Of a DNA stretch of 64,000 bases, positions 9,873-20,411 are shown piece by piece. The stretch is from Nannocystales bacterium. Lineage in GTDB: Bacteria; Myxococcota_A; Polyangia; Nannocystales; Nannocystaceae. The notes beneath the pieces were generated by a model. It was not told the origin of the DNA. It saw only the letters and a program-made list of their open reading frames with translations, and searched no databases. The stretch spans positions 864,001 to 928,000 of the forward strand of contig JBOEGF010000018.1 in assembly GCA_050633305.1 (NCBI GenBank). The letters run 5' to 3'. Within the stretch, counting starts at the first letter, position 1. Each line of letters begins with the position of its first letter. The position numbers and the translations under genes were made by a program.

Positions 9873-11144
9873 ATGTCGTTCGGCGGGGTCGATGCCTGGC
9901 ACCAGCCAGGAGCGCAGGTCGGGCGATACCGCCTGATCGACCGCTTGGCGGTCGGCGGCATGGCCGAACTCTTCTTGGGGTTCACCGCGGCGATGCACGG
10001 CTTCGAGAAGCTGGTCGTCCTCAAGCGGATTCTCCCGCAGTTCGCCGAGAACCCGGACTTCGTTCGGATGTTCCTGGACGAGGCCCGCCTCGCGGCCACG
10101 CTCGACCATCCGAACATCGCCCACGTCACCGACATCGGTGAGCATGACGGCTCGTACTTCTTCTCGATGGAGTACGTGCATGGACAGAGCTTGCTCCGAG
10201 TCATGCGGGCGGTGACCAAGGCGCGTCGGCCTCTGCCGCTCGAGCATTCGCTCAACGTCATCATCGGCACCTGCGCCGGCCTCCACTACGCCCACGAAAA
10301 GGTCGGACTCGATGGCACGCCGTTGGGCATCGTGCACCGCGACGTTTCGCCGCCCAACCTCATCCTCACCTACGACGGCACGGTCAAAGTCGTGGACTTT
10401 GGAATCGCGAAGGCGGCCACCGCCAAGAGCAACACGGCGGTCGGTACCCTCAAGGGCAAGATCCCGTACATGGCACCGGAGCAGTGCCGAAGCGAGCCGC
10501 TCGATCGACGCAGCGACATCTTCTCGATCGGGATCATCCTCTACGAGCTGACCGTCGGTCGTCGCCTATTTCAGGCCGAGACCGAGATCGCGATCATTCA
10601 GAAGATCACGTCCGGCGGGTTTCCGCCGCCCACCTCTGTGCACCCGAGCTACCCTGGCGAGCTCGAGGCAATCGTCATGCGGGCGCTGCAGCTCAATCCG
10701 GATGCTCGGTACTCCACCGCGCGCGACCTGCAGATCGATCTGGAGGAGTTCGCCCGGGAGTACAAACTCGCGATCTCCTCGGCACGCTTGGGTTCGTTCA
10801 TGGAGGAGTTGTTCGACGAGGAACAGCGACGCATGCCGGTCTCGACGAACCTGCCTCCTCCCGAGCCGGTCCCGCAGCCCGCTGCTCCACCTCCACCCCC
10901 GGCCGCGTCGCCGTCCCCTGCGGCGCCGACTCCAGCCCCGCCCCCGACTCCGGCTCCGGCCGCTCGTCAGAGCAGCCCGGACTTCGAAGCGTTCGCGAGT
11001 GCGCTGTCCAAGGTTCTCGATGACGGCGGCACCGACCCGTTGACCGAGGAGATCGGGAATCCCGCCGAGCCGCCCAAGGTTCACGGGATCGATCTGGACA
11101 ACCTCCAGCTCGAAGAGCTCGATCCCTCCAAGTACGACAAGTAG
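9873..11144 (+). CDS. Cytoplasmic Ser/Thr protein kinase with Pro-rich tail
   Basis: GGMAE, VLK, HRDVSPPN, DFG, GKIPYMAPE, DIFSIG; no TM segment. Confidence 0.92.
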   Translation: MSFGGVDAWHQPGAQVGRYRLIDRLAVGGMAELFLGFTAAMHGFEKLVVLKRILPQFAENPDFVRMFLDEARLAATLDHPNIAHVTDIGEHDGSYFFSMEYVHGQSLLRVMRAVTKARRPLPLEHSLNVIIGTCAGLHYAHEKVGLDGTPLGIVHRDVSPPNLILTYDGTVKVVDFGIAKAATAKSNTAVGTLKGKIPYMAPEQCRSEPLDRRSDIFSIGIILYELTVGRRLFQAETEIAIIQKITSGGFPPPTSVHPSYPGELEAIVMRALQLNPDARYSTARDLQIDLEEFAREYKLAISSARLGSFMEELFDEEQRRMPVSTNLPPPEPVPQPAAPPPPPAASPSPAAPTPAPPPTPAPAARQSSPDFEAFASALSKVLDDGGTDPLTEEIGNPAEPPKVHGIDLDNLQLEELDPSKYDK

Positions 11145-11149
11145 CGCGC

Positions 11150-11722
11150 TCAGCGGAGTCGTTCAGCGAGTTCTCGCCATCGCTGTGGAGAGACGTCGCG
11201 CTCAACGATCTCGCAGTTCGCCGGGCGCCACTGGCCGATGGTGTCGATGGGTCGGTCGTCGACGGACCCGAGGACCGCTCGCATCAGGGCGCCGTGAGAC
11301 ACGACGAGCGTGGACTCGCGAGGAGGAAGCTCGGCGAACAGCGAGCAGACGCGAAACGCGACTTGCTGCAGGCTTTCTCCGGCACCCGGTCGGCTGGTCC
11401 AGCCTGCGAACTGCGGCATGACTCCCTCCGCCTCCAGGTCGGCGATGGGCCTGCCTTCCCAGCTTCCGCAACTTCGCTCCCGAAGCGTTGGCGTGACCTG
11501 AAGTGGGACGTTCCGCCCCACCAAGACCCGCAGTGCGGTGTCATGAGCCCGCGACAGGTCCGAACACAGGGCACGGTCGAACGCCACGTCTGCGAGCTGC
11601 ATTGCGGCCAACTCCGCCTGTTGTTGCCCTACAGCGGTCAACGGGGCGTCGCGTTGCCCCGCGAACCAACCTTCTGCGTTTGCGAGACTCTGACCATGTC
11701 GGATGAATGTCCACGCCGGCAT
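11150..11722 (-). CDS. Histidine phosphatase (phosphoglycerate mutase family)
   Basis: RHGQS, SDLSRA, LRE, GES, VSHG. Confidence 0.9.
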   Translation of the reverse strand: MPAWTFIRHGQSLANAEGWFAGQRDAPLTAVGQQQAELAAMQLADVAFDRALCSDLSRAHDTALRVLVGRNVPLQVTPTLRERSCGSWEGRPIADLEAEGVMPQFAGWTSRPGAGESLQQVAFRVCSLFAELPPRESTLVVSHGALMRAVLGSVDDRPIDTIGQWRPANCEIVERDVSPQRWRELAERLR

Positions 11723-11804
11723 CGCTGGACGTTCGCCCGGACGAGCCGAGGCGCGCAAGGGACCGCGGCTTGAAAAAAACGTCGTGACACGAGATCAAGG
11801 TTGG

Positions 11805-12782
11805 GTGAGCGATCCGCAGGACCCAAAGCCTGGTGACACGATCCCCGCAGCCGAGTCGGCTGCCGACGGCCGTTTTAAGACGCTGAAGCTCCTGCGTGCA
11901 GCCGCGTCGACGCCGATGCGATCGCTTGCGGATGCGGCCGCAATTCACAACAACCCTGCCGTCATCGCAGCGGTTGCGGGCAAGACCCACAAGGGCCAAG
12001 TCCGAGCGGACAACCAAGACCATTTCTTGGTGGCCTCGCTGGAGCGGGCGTTGCTCGTCGAAGACTCCTCCCTACCTGCTGAGGCGGGGACACGGCTCAC
12101 CGACACCCCGCAAGGCCGTCTGTTCATCGTGGCCGATGGAATCGGCGGTCACGGAGGCGGCGAGGTGGCGAGTGCGGTCGCCGTGGACGCGATGGCTCAC
12201 TACGCGTTCGAGACCATGCCGTGGGTGCTGGGCCGAAACGACTGCAGCATGGACGAGCTGGAGACCGGCTTGCGTGACGCCATGGGGAAGGCCCAGGACC
12301 GCATCCGCCGCGTGGCGCGTCGCAAGAACCTCAACTCCGACCTCGGCACCACCCTCACGATGGGCTACCTTGCCTGGCCCGAGCTGTTCTTGGTGCACGT
12401 CGGGGACTCGCGGGCCTATCTGTATCGCGACGAGAAGCTTCACCGGCTGACCCGTGACCACACGCTCGCGCAGCAGCTCGTCGACGGCAACGCGATGAGC
12501 GAGGAAGAAGCCAAGTCGTCCCGCTTGGCCCACGTGCTCGTGAACGCCATGGGAGGCACTTCGGACGACCTCACCGTCGAGCTGCACCGTATGGAACTCC
12601 AGCTCGACGACCAGCTGCTGTTCTGCAGCGACGGTCTGTACGACATGATCGGCGACGCCGCGATCGAGGCACATCTCGCCGAACACGAGCGACCGGTTGG
12701 CGACGTGGTTGAGCTCCTCGTGGGCGCTGCGAATGCGGCCGGAGGGCGCGACAACGTGACCGTGGTCCTCGCCCGATTCTGA
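11805..12782 (+). CDS. PP2C-family Ser/Thr protein phosphatase
   Basis: RADNQD, VADGIGG, GTT, HVGDSRAY, LTRDH, CSDGL, GRDNVT; start uncertain (GTG 11805 chosen). Confidence 0.92.
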   Translation: MSDPQDPKPGDTIPAAESAADGRFKTLKLLRAAASTPMRSLADAAAIHNNPAVIAAVAGKTHKGQVRADNQDHFLVASLERALLVEDSSLPAEAGTRLTDTPQGRLFIVADGIGGHGGGEVASAVAVDAMAHYAFETMPWVLGRNDCSMDELETGLRDAMGKAQDRIRRVARRKNLNSDLGTTLTMGYLAWPELFLVHVGDSRAYLYRDEKLHRLTRDHTLAQQLVDGNAMSEEEAKSSRLAHVLVNAMGGTSDDLTVELHRMELQLDDQLLFCSDGLYDMIGDAAIEAHLAEHERPVGDVVELLVGAANAAGGRDNVTVVLARF

Positions 12783-12805
12783 CGGCGAGTGCCGCGACCT
12801 CGGCG

Positions 12806-14416
12806 CTAGCGGGATTCGCCGACCAGCAACTCTGCTTCGGAGGTTCGATAGGCGAGGTGGGCTGGTGGCAGGTCCATGGTCCACTGAACCATGGGGCTGG
12901 CCACGGGGTCGAGTTCCCGCAGTCGGGGGCGAAACCCTTCCTTGGTGAGGACGGTGGAGTCCAACACCACGTAGTGACCCGACTCGGGGAGTAGGTTCGA
13001 GTCTCCGGCAAACGGAGAAGAGACGTCTTGCTGGTCGAGCTCCCAAACCTGACTGATCGTGAAGGCGTCGAGGTCGAGTTCGTACCGGACCGCTCGAGCG
13101 AGAGCATCGGTGGTCACGCCAGAGGGCGCTTGCACAGCGTTGTCATACAGCAGCAATGAGCCATCTGGCTGCCACTGGGGGGAGTGTTGGTGTGCGAACC
13201 AGGTGCCCTCCGTGAGGGAGAAGTCCCCGCCGGGTCCCAGGATCCAGTCGACGTCGCTCGAGGCTCGGTCGATGGCGACCAGCCAGTCCTGATGACGCAG
13301 GCTGAGCATGAACTGGTCGGTGTCTTCTTGGTAAATGACGCCGTTCCCGTGGGTCCAGTCGTACGCGAGTTCTTCCGTCTGGGGATGTGTGATCGTCCAG
13401 CCGTCGATCGGCTCGAGGACGCGCTGGGGATCGAGATGGTCGAACGTGTCCCACGTCCAGACGACGTCGCCGTCGGGGGTGAATTCGACGATGACGTCAC
13501 CCGCGACGAGCGTGTTCGGAGCTCCGGGATAGTCGACCTCTTGGAACGAGTAGGCGAGGACGACGATGTTCCCTGAGGGGAGGACCAGAGCCTCATGGTG
13601 CATCCCGAGGACTCCGAGTTCGTCGTCGGAGACCTCGGTGACGACAGCCCCGAGTTCGTCGATTTCGACGAACCGGTTTTGCATCGCGAAGTGGACGGTT
13701 CCGGCGGGGGACGCTGTGACCGCGTCGATCCTGCCCGGGAACGGGTCTTTCGCTTCGTAGCCGAAGTGCCACCGAGTCGTGCCGGATGGGTCCACCACAA
13801 ACACACTGCTTGTTGAGGACGCTGGGAACGGGCTGAGGTCGAACATCCGGTAGGGACGTTCCCCCACGCTCTCTCCGGTGACTTCGAAGCTCTGGATGAA
13901 GCCGGGGAGGGGGGCCTCGGTTGTAAACGAGACGGGGACGGACAGGGCGCCGGTCGCGGCGGTGAGTTCGTGCTGGGTGAGGGGGGAAAGCCCGCGCGCT
14001 CGGTAGGTCCGGGTCTGGCCGTCGGGGTTCTCGAGCACGGCGATGCGCACGCCATCGTCCGTATCGTGGGTGAGCTCGAGGTCGTCGGGAAGGGTTGCGT
14101 CGCCGACGAGCGTGATGTCGACGACCATCGGTTGCTCGGGATAGAGGGCGACCTCCACGTCGAGGGTCGAGAGTTCACCACCCGAACTCGAGGTGTCGGC
14201 CTCTGTGGTGGTGCTCTCGCTGGCCTCGCCGCCCGAGGACGAGGACGAGGATGAGGATGACGTCGAGGACGCGGCGTCTGACGCTGTCGCGGCGTCCACG
14301 CCTGTGCTGGGGGTCTGCGTGGACGATGAGCCGCTGTCCGTTTCTCCGACGGACACATCGTCACCGCATCCGGCACTCAAGAACACTAAGGCCGCCACCA
14401 ACCACCGAAGTCGCAT
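12806..14416 (-). CDS. Aryl-sulfate sulfotransferase (ASST family) lipoprotein
   Basis: Lipobox LSAGC, Ser/Thr-rich linker, ASST motifs HHEALVLPSGN, DWTHGNG, SLRHQD, HQHSP, LYDN. Confidence 0.85.
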   Translation of the reverse strand: MRLRWLVAALVFLSAGCGDDVSVGETDSGSSSTQTPSTGVDAATASDAASSTSSSSSSSSSGGEASESTTTEADTSSSGGELSTLDVEVALYPEQPMVVDITLVGDATLPDDLELTHDTDDGVRIAVLENPDGQTRTYRARGLSPLTQHELTAATGALSVPVSFTTEAPLPGFIQSFEVTGESVGERPYRMFDLSPFPASSTSSVFVVDPSGTTRWHFGYEAKDPFPGRIDAVTASPAGTVHFAMQNRFVEIDELGAVVTEVSDDELGVLGMHHEALVLPSGNIVVLAYSFQEVDYPGAPNTLVAGDVIVEFTPDGDVVWTWDTFDHLDPQRVLEPIDGWTITHPQTEELAYDWTHGNGVIYQEDTDQFMLSLRHQDWLVAIDRASSDVDWILGPGGDFSLTEGTWFAHQHSPQWQPDGSLLLYDNAVQAPSGVTTDALARAVRYELDLDAFTISQVWELDQQDVSSPFAGDSNLLPESGHYVVLDSTVLTKEGFRPRLRELDPVASPMVQWTMDLPPAHLAYRTSEAELLVGESR

Positions 14417-14578
14417 CGCCGGAGCATGCCCGTGCCGAGACAGGGCGGCAACCGGGTCCCGGGCGACATGGTTCCGGGGGGAGACGCAGGGCGGCGGTGA
14501 GTCCCTCGGCGAGTGGGCTGAGGACGAAGGCGAGCGAGACGCAGCGCGCGTCCTTTCGCCCCTGCTAAAGTCAGCACG

Positions 14579-15235
14579 ATGCTCTTTTCGCGCAAGCAGC
14601 CAGCCCTCGTTTCGGCCCAGGACGCCCTGCCTGGTCGTGCCGAGGGCATGCCGGGTGTCCCGGAAGTTCACTTCATCAATGGCCACCGGATCCGCGCACC
14701 CTTCCCGGAGGGGGTCGTCACGCTGGTCGTCGGAATGGGGTGCTTCTGGGGTGCGGAGCGGAAGTTCTGGCAGACCGGCGGCGTGTATTCGACCGCGGTT
14801 GGGTACGCGGGCGGCTTCACTCCCAACCCGACGTACCGGGAAGTCTGCTCAGGGAGAACCGGACACACGGAGGTCGTACTGGTCGCGTTCCGTCCCTCGG
14901 AGGTGTCGCTCGAGAACCTGCTGCGGGTGTTCTGGGAGGGCCACGACCCCACGCAGGGAATGCAGCAGGGCAACGACGTCGGGACGCAGTACCGCTCGGC
15001 GATCTTCACAGAAGGGGACGAGCAAGCCACAGTCGTCGCCCAATCCAAAGCCGTCTACCAGGCGGAACTCGACCGTGCCGGGCACCGTGCGATCACGACT
15101 GAGGTCGCTCCCGCGGGGCCGTTTTTCTACGCCGAGCCCGACCACCAGCAGTACCTGGGCAAGAACCCCAACGGTTACTGCGGTCTTGGGGGAACGGGGG
15201 TCGCGTGCCCCGTCGGGCTCAAACCGGGAGGGTGA
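14579..15235 (+). CDS. msrA: Peptide methionine sulfoxide reductase A
   Basis: [47 protein letters not shown]. Confidence 0.97.
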   Translation: MLFSRKQPALVSAQDALPGRAEGMPGVPEVHFINGHRIRAPFPEGVVTLVVGMGCFWGAERKFWQTGGVYSTAVGYAGGFTPNPTYREVCSGRTGHTEVVLVAFRPSEVSLENLLRVFWEGHDPTQGMQQGNDVGTQYRSAIFTEGDEQATVVAQSKAVYQAELDRAGHRAITTEVAPAGPFFYAEPDHQQYLGKNPNGYCGLGGTGVACPVGLKPGG

Positions 15236-16665
15236 GCAGGGCGGACGATCTCGAGCCGGACCGACTTCGGCGAGCGTGCAGAGACGACGGGAGGCGGTCG
15301 CTCGCCATGTACGATCGACGCGAGTGTGTCCTGGACGTCTTCGTCCAGCCGGGACGCCCGAATCGGTTTGCGTGTGCCTTCGCCCATCCACGGGCTCCAG
15401 AACTCCCACACGATTTGATCGTCCTTGGCGACTTCCAGGGCGCGGCCCTCGTTCGAAACAACGACCATCACGTTGCCGTTGGGTAGGGCTTGCGCGAGCC
15501 CTCGACCGGAGGAGAAGAACCGCAGAGGGCCTTGGTTCCCCGGTCCCCCGATGGTGCGGACGATCGTGCTGGATATGGGGTCGACGATCACCGCGCGCGA
15601 GTTGTCCGCCTCGTTTCGGTTGTCGAACAGCACCACATGGCCCTCGGGCGTGAGGGTCGAATCGTGCTGCCGGAGCAGCTCGGACTGACCCCAGACCCAG
15701 CCTGGAGTTTGGGTGTCTCGGTCGAACGACGCGACGGTGTTCATGTTGCGCAGCGAGATCAACAGGTCGCCTGCGTTTCCGAGGCCCGGCACCTCGCGCG
15801 GCAACATGAGGATCGAGTTGGCGTGGAAGACATCGAGCGGGCGGTGGCGTCGCCCTGCCACTCGTGCTGCTCCTCGTGCTTCTCCTGCGTCTTCGTCCTC
15901 GATAACCGCCGCGTTTCCCGTCGCCCGCAAGCCGCGGCGGAGCGTCCTGTGGAACGCCGGCGTGTTGGACATGACGTCGTACATCCACACTTGTCCGGTC
16001 GGGTTTCCGGCCGGGTCGATGAACGCCACGCCGTGGTCGAGGATCTGCGCGCGGCTCCGACCGTGGGGAGAGGCCCCTGGTGGCAGCTCGATGACGCGCT
16101 TGCGCCCGATCAGCGCCGCGATGGTGCCGTCTTGGGCGATCGTGAAGTCGTGGTGGAAATGCCCCTGTACGACCCACACGACGTTGGAGTTCCAGTCGAG
16201 CTTGACGAGGGCCGTGCTGTTGACGATGACGTAGAGGTAGCCGTCTCGGTCGAGTCGCGCGATGGCCCAGGCTTGTTTCTCCGAGGGGCTATCCGAACTC
16301 CAACTGTGGAGCTGCTTGCCTTGCGCATCCCAGAGCGTGGCTTCTCGAATCGACTTGCCGCGTCGGCGGCCGCCACCAACCGGGTTCGCGAGGACGTACC
16401 GATCCGACGCTTCAGCCTCGTGTCGCTGGACGCCGGACTTCTTCCGCGTCTCGTCCGTCAAGGGAATCTCCCCCAGGTAGGCGAGGGACCGGAGGTTGTC
16501 GCCCTTGTTTCGTCCTCGGCGACGTCCCCCCTCCTGTTGTTCTTCGGCGGTGGGGGCGGTCTCCGACTCCGGTGAGCCGAGTCTGACGACGCCGGTCGCG
16601 AACAGACCGCCGGTGATCCCGAGCGCCGCCAGGGCGCCCAGGAGGCCGTTTCGAACGCTGCTCAT
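15175..16665 (-). CDS. Arylsulfotransferase-family protein with N-terminal membrane anchor
   Basis: [37 protein letters not shown]. Confidence 0.8.
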   Translation of the reverse strand: MSSVRNGLLGALAALGITGGLFATGVVRLGSPESETAPTAEEQQEGGRRRGRNKGDNLRSLAYLGEIPLTDETRKKSGVQRHEAEASDRYVLANPVGGGRRRGKSIREATLWDAQGKQLHSWSSDSPSEKQAWAIARLDRDGYLYVIVNSTALVKLDWNSNVVWVVQGHFHHDFTIAQDGTIAALIGRKRVIELPPGASPHGRSRAQILDHGVAFIDPAGNPTGQVWMYDVMSNTPAFHRTLRRGLRATGNAAVIEDEDAGEARGAARVAGRRHRPLDVFHANSILMLPREVPGLGNAGDLLISLRNMNTVASFDRDTQTPGWVWGQSELLRQHDSTLTPEGHVVLFDNRNEADNSRAVIVDPISSTIVRTIGGPGNQGPLRFFSSGRGLAQALPNGNVMVVVSNEGRALEVAKDDQIVWEFWSPWMGEGTRKPIRASRLDEDVQDTLASIVHGERPPPVVSARSPKSVRLEIVRPAHPPGLSPTGHATPVPPRPQ

Positions 16666-18197
16666 GGACGCCTGTCTTGGCGCAGCTGCCAGAACTGCAC
16701 CCGGTTGAGGCGGACCTTTCGGTCGCGTCGATAGTAGGAGCGAAGAAAACCGCGAAGCTCAGCGAACTCCCGAACCGGGACGGCTGAGCCCAGGACGACG
16801 ACGTCAGGTGGGGACGCGTAGAGCTCGTCGATCAAGGCTCTCGCGGCAAGGTCATCCCGGAAGTGAAGCGGGCTGCGGGGATGCCTCCAGGTGGAGTCGT
16901 TGGCCGACGTGGTCAGCTCCATCGTCTTGTAGAAGCGTGTCGACGAGAGGTGGCCTGTGAACGCGTAGACGTCCCACAGGTGCCAGCCCCACACCCATAT
17001 CGTGTCGCCGGGCTGTGTCATCTCCGTGACTCGCTTCGCGATGGCGCGACCACCCAGGTCGTGCGCGTGCATTCTGTTGGTCCGCTCTGCGTCGATGAGC
17101 ATCCCTTGGCGCCCGAGCAGGAGCACAGCGGGCAGCAGCGCGACCACCCGGGTCGACCATCGCCGCAGCCCTCGCTGGCCGAGCAAGCCCGCGCTGGATG
17201 CCGCAAGGATGCTCAGAGGAGCCGCTGCGGCCAAGTGGTAGCCCTTGTAGAAACGAAACCCGAGCGCAGCCGAGCCGAGGGCGAGCGCCGACCACAACAG
17301 CAACAGGGCGACCAACGAACGGTCCCGCCGGTCGATCAGGCCGCCCAGCGAGAACGCTGACAGTGCCAGGGGCAGGGCGAGAAAGTTGGCGGACGCGAAG
17401 ATGGCCTCGCCTGGCGCCTGACCGAGTCCGATCGCCGAGCCCTGGGCGACGTATCGCCACCCCCATTCGTTGAGCACGAACCCTCGCCACAGCGCGTCAA
17501 ACTGTCCGGCAAGCAGGTAGTGACCGCCGATGGGTGCGGCTGCCAGAGCTGCGCCAGCGAGCACCGCTCCGAGCTGCTTCACTGCGAGCCTGCTGCGCTG
17601 TCCCGGCTCCTTGCGCATCGCCGACAACAGCGCGACCGTGACCACAACGAGCAGGGCGATTCCGGCGGGACGCTTACAGAGCGTCGCAGCAGACGCCAGG
17701 GCTCCCGCGACCGCGAGCAGCCACAAAGGCGGACGCTCGCGGCGAAACGCGATGAGCGCGACGACAACCGACGCGATCGACGGCAGTTGGGCCCACGTCA
17801 CATAGTTTGCGTCCATCGTGTCCAGCACCAGATCGTGGGCGCCGTAGATCACCCCTGCGACGATGCCCTGGACCGGCCCCCACAGCACCCTGGACCCGAA
17901 CATGACCACCCCAAGCCCGCTGAGTGCCGCAACGTTCGCCCAAACCTGAAACGCCGCGATGTCCCGCCCCCCGTCAGCCAACAACCACGCCAGATAGAAC
18001 GTGCCCGGCGCCTTGAACTCCACACTGTCGACGTAGGGCAGCTTGCCGGCCGCCAGCAGCATCCCGTTATAGAGGATGCCGCCGACGTCATGGTTGGCGA
18101 ACCCGCCCTGGACGAACCCGGGCTTGCGAAGCCAGGCGCTCAGGGCAAGGACGACGAAGAACGACAGCCAGAACGCGAGTTTACGACGAGGGGGCAC
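16662..18197 (-). CDS. GT-C-like polytopic glycosyltransferase (ArnT/PMT-like)
   Basis: First loop NHD..Y..G.LPYVD..EFKAPG, many TM helices, soluble C-terminal domain; ATGA overlap with the downstream ASST gene. Confidence 0.7.
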   Translation of the reverse strand: MPPRRKLAFWLSFFVVLALSAWLRKPGFVQGGFANHDVGGILYNGMLLAAGKLPYVDSVEFKAPGTFYLAWLLADGGRDIAAFQVWANVAALSGLGVVMFGSRVLWGPVQGIVAGVIYGAHDLVLDTMDANYVTWAQLPSIASVVVALIAFRRERPPLWLLAVAGALASAATLCKRPAGIALLVVVTVALLSAMRKEPGQRSRLAVKQLGAVLAGAALAAAPIGGHYLLAGQFDALWRGFVLNEWGWRYVAQGSAIGLGQAPGEAIFASANFLALPLALSAFSLGGLIDRRDRSLVALLLLWSALALGSAALGFRFYKGYHLAAAAPLSILAASSAGLLGQRGLRRWSTRVVALLPAVLLLGRQGMLIDAERTNRMHAHDLGGRAIAKRVTEMTQPGDTIWVWGWHLWDVYAFTGHLSSTRFYKTMELTTSANDSTWRHPRSPLHFRDDLAARALIDELYASPPDVVVLGSAVPVREFAELRGFLRSYYRRDRKVRLNRVQFWQLRQDRRP

Positions 18198-18677
18198 GTG
18201 TTCTGGAGTTTCAGGGAATGGTGGCTGGATCAGGTGCCCGGCTCTGCCGCACCGTCTTGGCCGGCGTCGTGGGACAGATTCTTCCGGCTCTTTGCTTCGG
18301 CCGTCAACTCAACGGGCAGGTGGTGTCCGGCCCACACTCCATACCCCGGGTCTGAGCGGCAGAACATCTCCGTTCGTTCCGTCTAGGTGTTCGGGACGAT
18401 GCGGCGAGACTCCGTTCGCTCTGGAAGCTGAAGACGACGCCTTTGACCACCCTTGAAACGGGGTCGCCGGGAGGAATCGTCTCGTTGTTCGATGCGCCGC
18501 GCCTACGTGCCGTTCGTGGGGTCCGACCTGAATTCGGCTTCGGACCTGACTCGATGAGGCCAGCTGGATCGCGTCGCCGGGCGCCCTCGCATCTCCCATC
18601 GCGCCCCGTTTGGGCGGCGGTACGCCGTAACCCCACGGGGCTGTATTTCAGTCGGACACTGTGGGAAACTCCGCGCG

Positions 18678-20408
18678 GTGTGGTCTCGGGACCGGATTCT
18701 CGTACTCGCCACCGTCGGGTTTCTCGTTGTCCCCGTCCTCGCGGACCTCGCGCTGGGGGGCCAGAAGCGCGTGTTCGGGTATCTGGCGATCGACTTTTTC
18801 TACTACGAGACGATCGCGCGGAACTACCTTGAGCTCGGCTTCCCGACGTTCGATCAAGAGTTCCCGACCAACGGGTTTCACCCGGTATGGCAGTACACGC
18901 TGATCGCCTTCGCCTGGTTCTGCACGGCGGTAGGGGCCTCTAAACTCTCTTTCTTCTCCGGCGCCCTTCTTCTGAGCATGGGGCTGGTTGCCGGTGCTCT
19001 CATCTTGTTCGCGCAGACGTTCAAGGCAGCTGAAGGGAGGGTCCCACTGTTTTTGCCCTGGGCGGTCCCTGGGGTCTTCGCGCTGCTGACTAGCCCGATT
19101 TACCAGCCGTCCCACGACTTCGGCCGTCTGCGCGTAGCAGGCGGGGAGAGAGCCGTCGTTGGGACGTTGTGGCGCTACGTGAACGGGATGGAGACCGGGC
19201 TTGTGCTCCTGGCGTTCTTCGCTTCCACGCTTCTCATGGTCCGGCTGCTGAAGGGCGAGACCAGTCGCAACCGAATCCTCGGGTGTGGGGCGATGCTGGG
19301 CCTTCTTGCGCTTTCACGCCTTGACCATGCGGTCTTCTCCCTAAGTCTGCCGCTCGCCCTCGTACTGGGGCGCCTTCGCGACAGAAGAGCTTGGCTGACG
19401 GTCGTCCAGCTGTGGGGCGTGGTGTTCGCGTTCCTAGCGGCGTACGTCGTGTTCAACCTCGTCAATCACGGTGCCGCGGTCCCAGTCAGTGGGTCGGTGA
19501 AGAGCACGTTTCCCCACTTCACAGCGGACAACTGGCGGGATCTCAGCCGTCTCTTGGCTGGCAAACAATCGATCTGGGTGCACGACGCCTGGCGACTCTC
19601 TCAGGAGATCTTGCCGGTCCTCGTCGTCGTTGCATACATCTCTTGCACCGTGACGCTTCGGCCCAAACTCCGACTACGCGATGGGGCGAACGCGCTCGAC
19701 AAGGTTTTGCTCGCTGCCGTGCCAGGAGTGCTGGCAATTGCGGTCTACAACTTTGGATTCGTTCGCTCGGACTTCCAGGGGCACTGGTACTTCCCTGTAT
19801 CGGTGGTCTTGTGCTCGGCGTTTGCGCTACGAGTGGCAGGCCGGCTTGGCGTTGAGGAGCGCTTCACGTCGACACGTCGGCGCGCAATGGTGTTTGTTGT
19901 CTCTACTGTGGCCGTGCTCGGCTTCTTTGCGTGGGGCCACTACCGTCCGAACTTCAACGACGACGTTGTAGAGTTCTACGTCGGTGAAGGTCCGAAGATC
20001 CGGGCGTTCTACGACGAGCCACCCAAGGTCCTAGAATTCTACGACGCTGTGTTTGCCTCGGCGACCGAGTTCCCCACCATGAATGGCTATGGGCTGGTCG
20101 TCGACCCGGAGGCCGCGCAAGCGCGAAAACAGAGCCTGGATGCCGTCTTCGAACTCGCTGTCTCTCGCGGCTTCGATCGTATCGTATCGTTCAACCTCAA
20201 CGGCGTGCGGCTGAGCGAAAAGCCCAAGCGCAGAGAGCTGCTTGGGGTCCTCAAACGCTACGTTAGCGAGGAGGCGCTCGCACCGTACCGAATCGTCCTC
20301 GAGTACCGGTCCGAGACCGGCCGCCATCTCGTGTTCCGCGTAGTCGAGAGGGGGCGACGTCGGAAGAACGGGCGGAGGCGCGGTCATGGGAGAAAGTCGA
20401 AGACCTGA
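18678..20408 (+). CDS. Polytopic membrane protein, probable GT-C fold
   Basis: DFFYY..IARN, TNGFHP, NGMET, RLD, PVSG.VK; many TM segments; basic C-terminus. Confidence 0.65.
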   Translation: MWSRDRILVLATVGFLVVPVLADLALGGQKRVFGYLAIDFFYYETIARNYLELGFPTFDQEFPTNGFHPVWQYTLIAFAWFCTAVGASKLSFFSGALLLSMGLVAGALILFAQTFKAAEGRVPLFLPWAVPGVFALLTSPIYQPSHDFGRLRVAGGERAVVGTLWRYVNGMETGLVLLAFFASTLLMVRLLKGETSRNRILGCGAMLGLLALSRLDHAVFSLSLPLALVLGRLRDRRAWLTVVQLWGVVFAFLAAYVVFNLVNHGAAVPVSGSVKSTFPHFTADNWRDLSRLLAGKQSIWVHDAWRLSQEILPVLVVVAYISCTVTLRPKLRLRDGANALDKVLLAAVPGVLAIAVYNFGFVRSDFQGHWYFPVSVVLCSAFALRVAGRLGVEERFTSTRRRAMVFVVSTVAVLGFFAWGHYRPNFNDDVVEFYVGEGPKIRAFYDEPPKVLEFYDAVFASATEFPTMNGYGLVVDPEAAQARKQSLDAVFELAVSRGFDRIVSFNLNGVRLSEKPKRRELLGVLKRYVSEEALAPYRIVLEYRSETGRHLVFRVVERGRRRKNGRRRGHGRKSKT

Positions 20409-20411
20409 TGC

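Noticed and set aside
18525..18560. Minus-strand GTCAGGTCCGAAG resembling the SRP RNA core
   Set aside because: Lacks the closing GG-AAGCAGC and the long flanking stem
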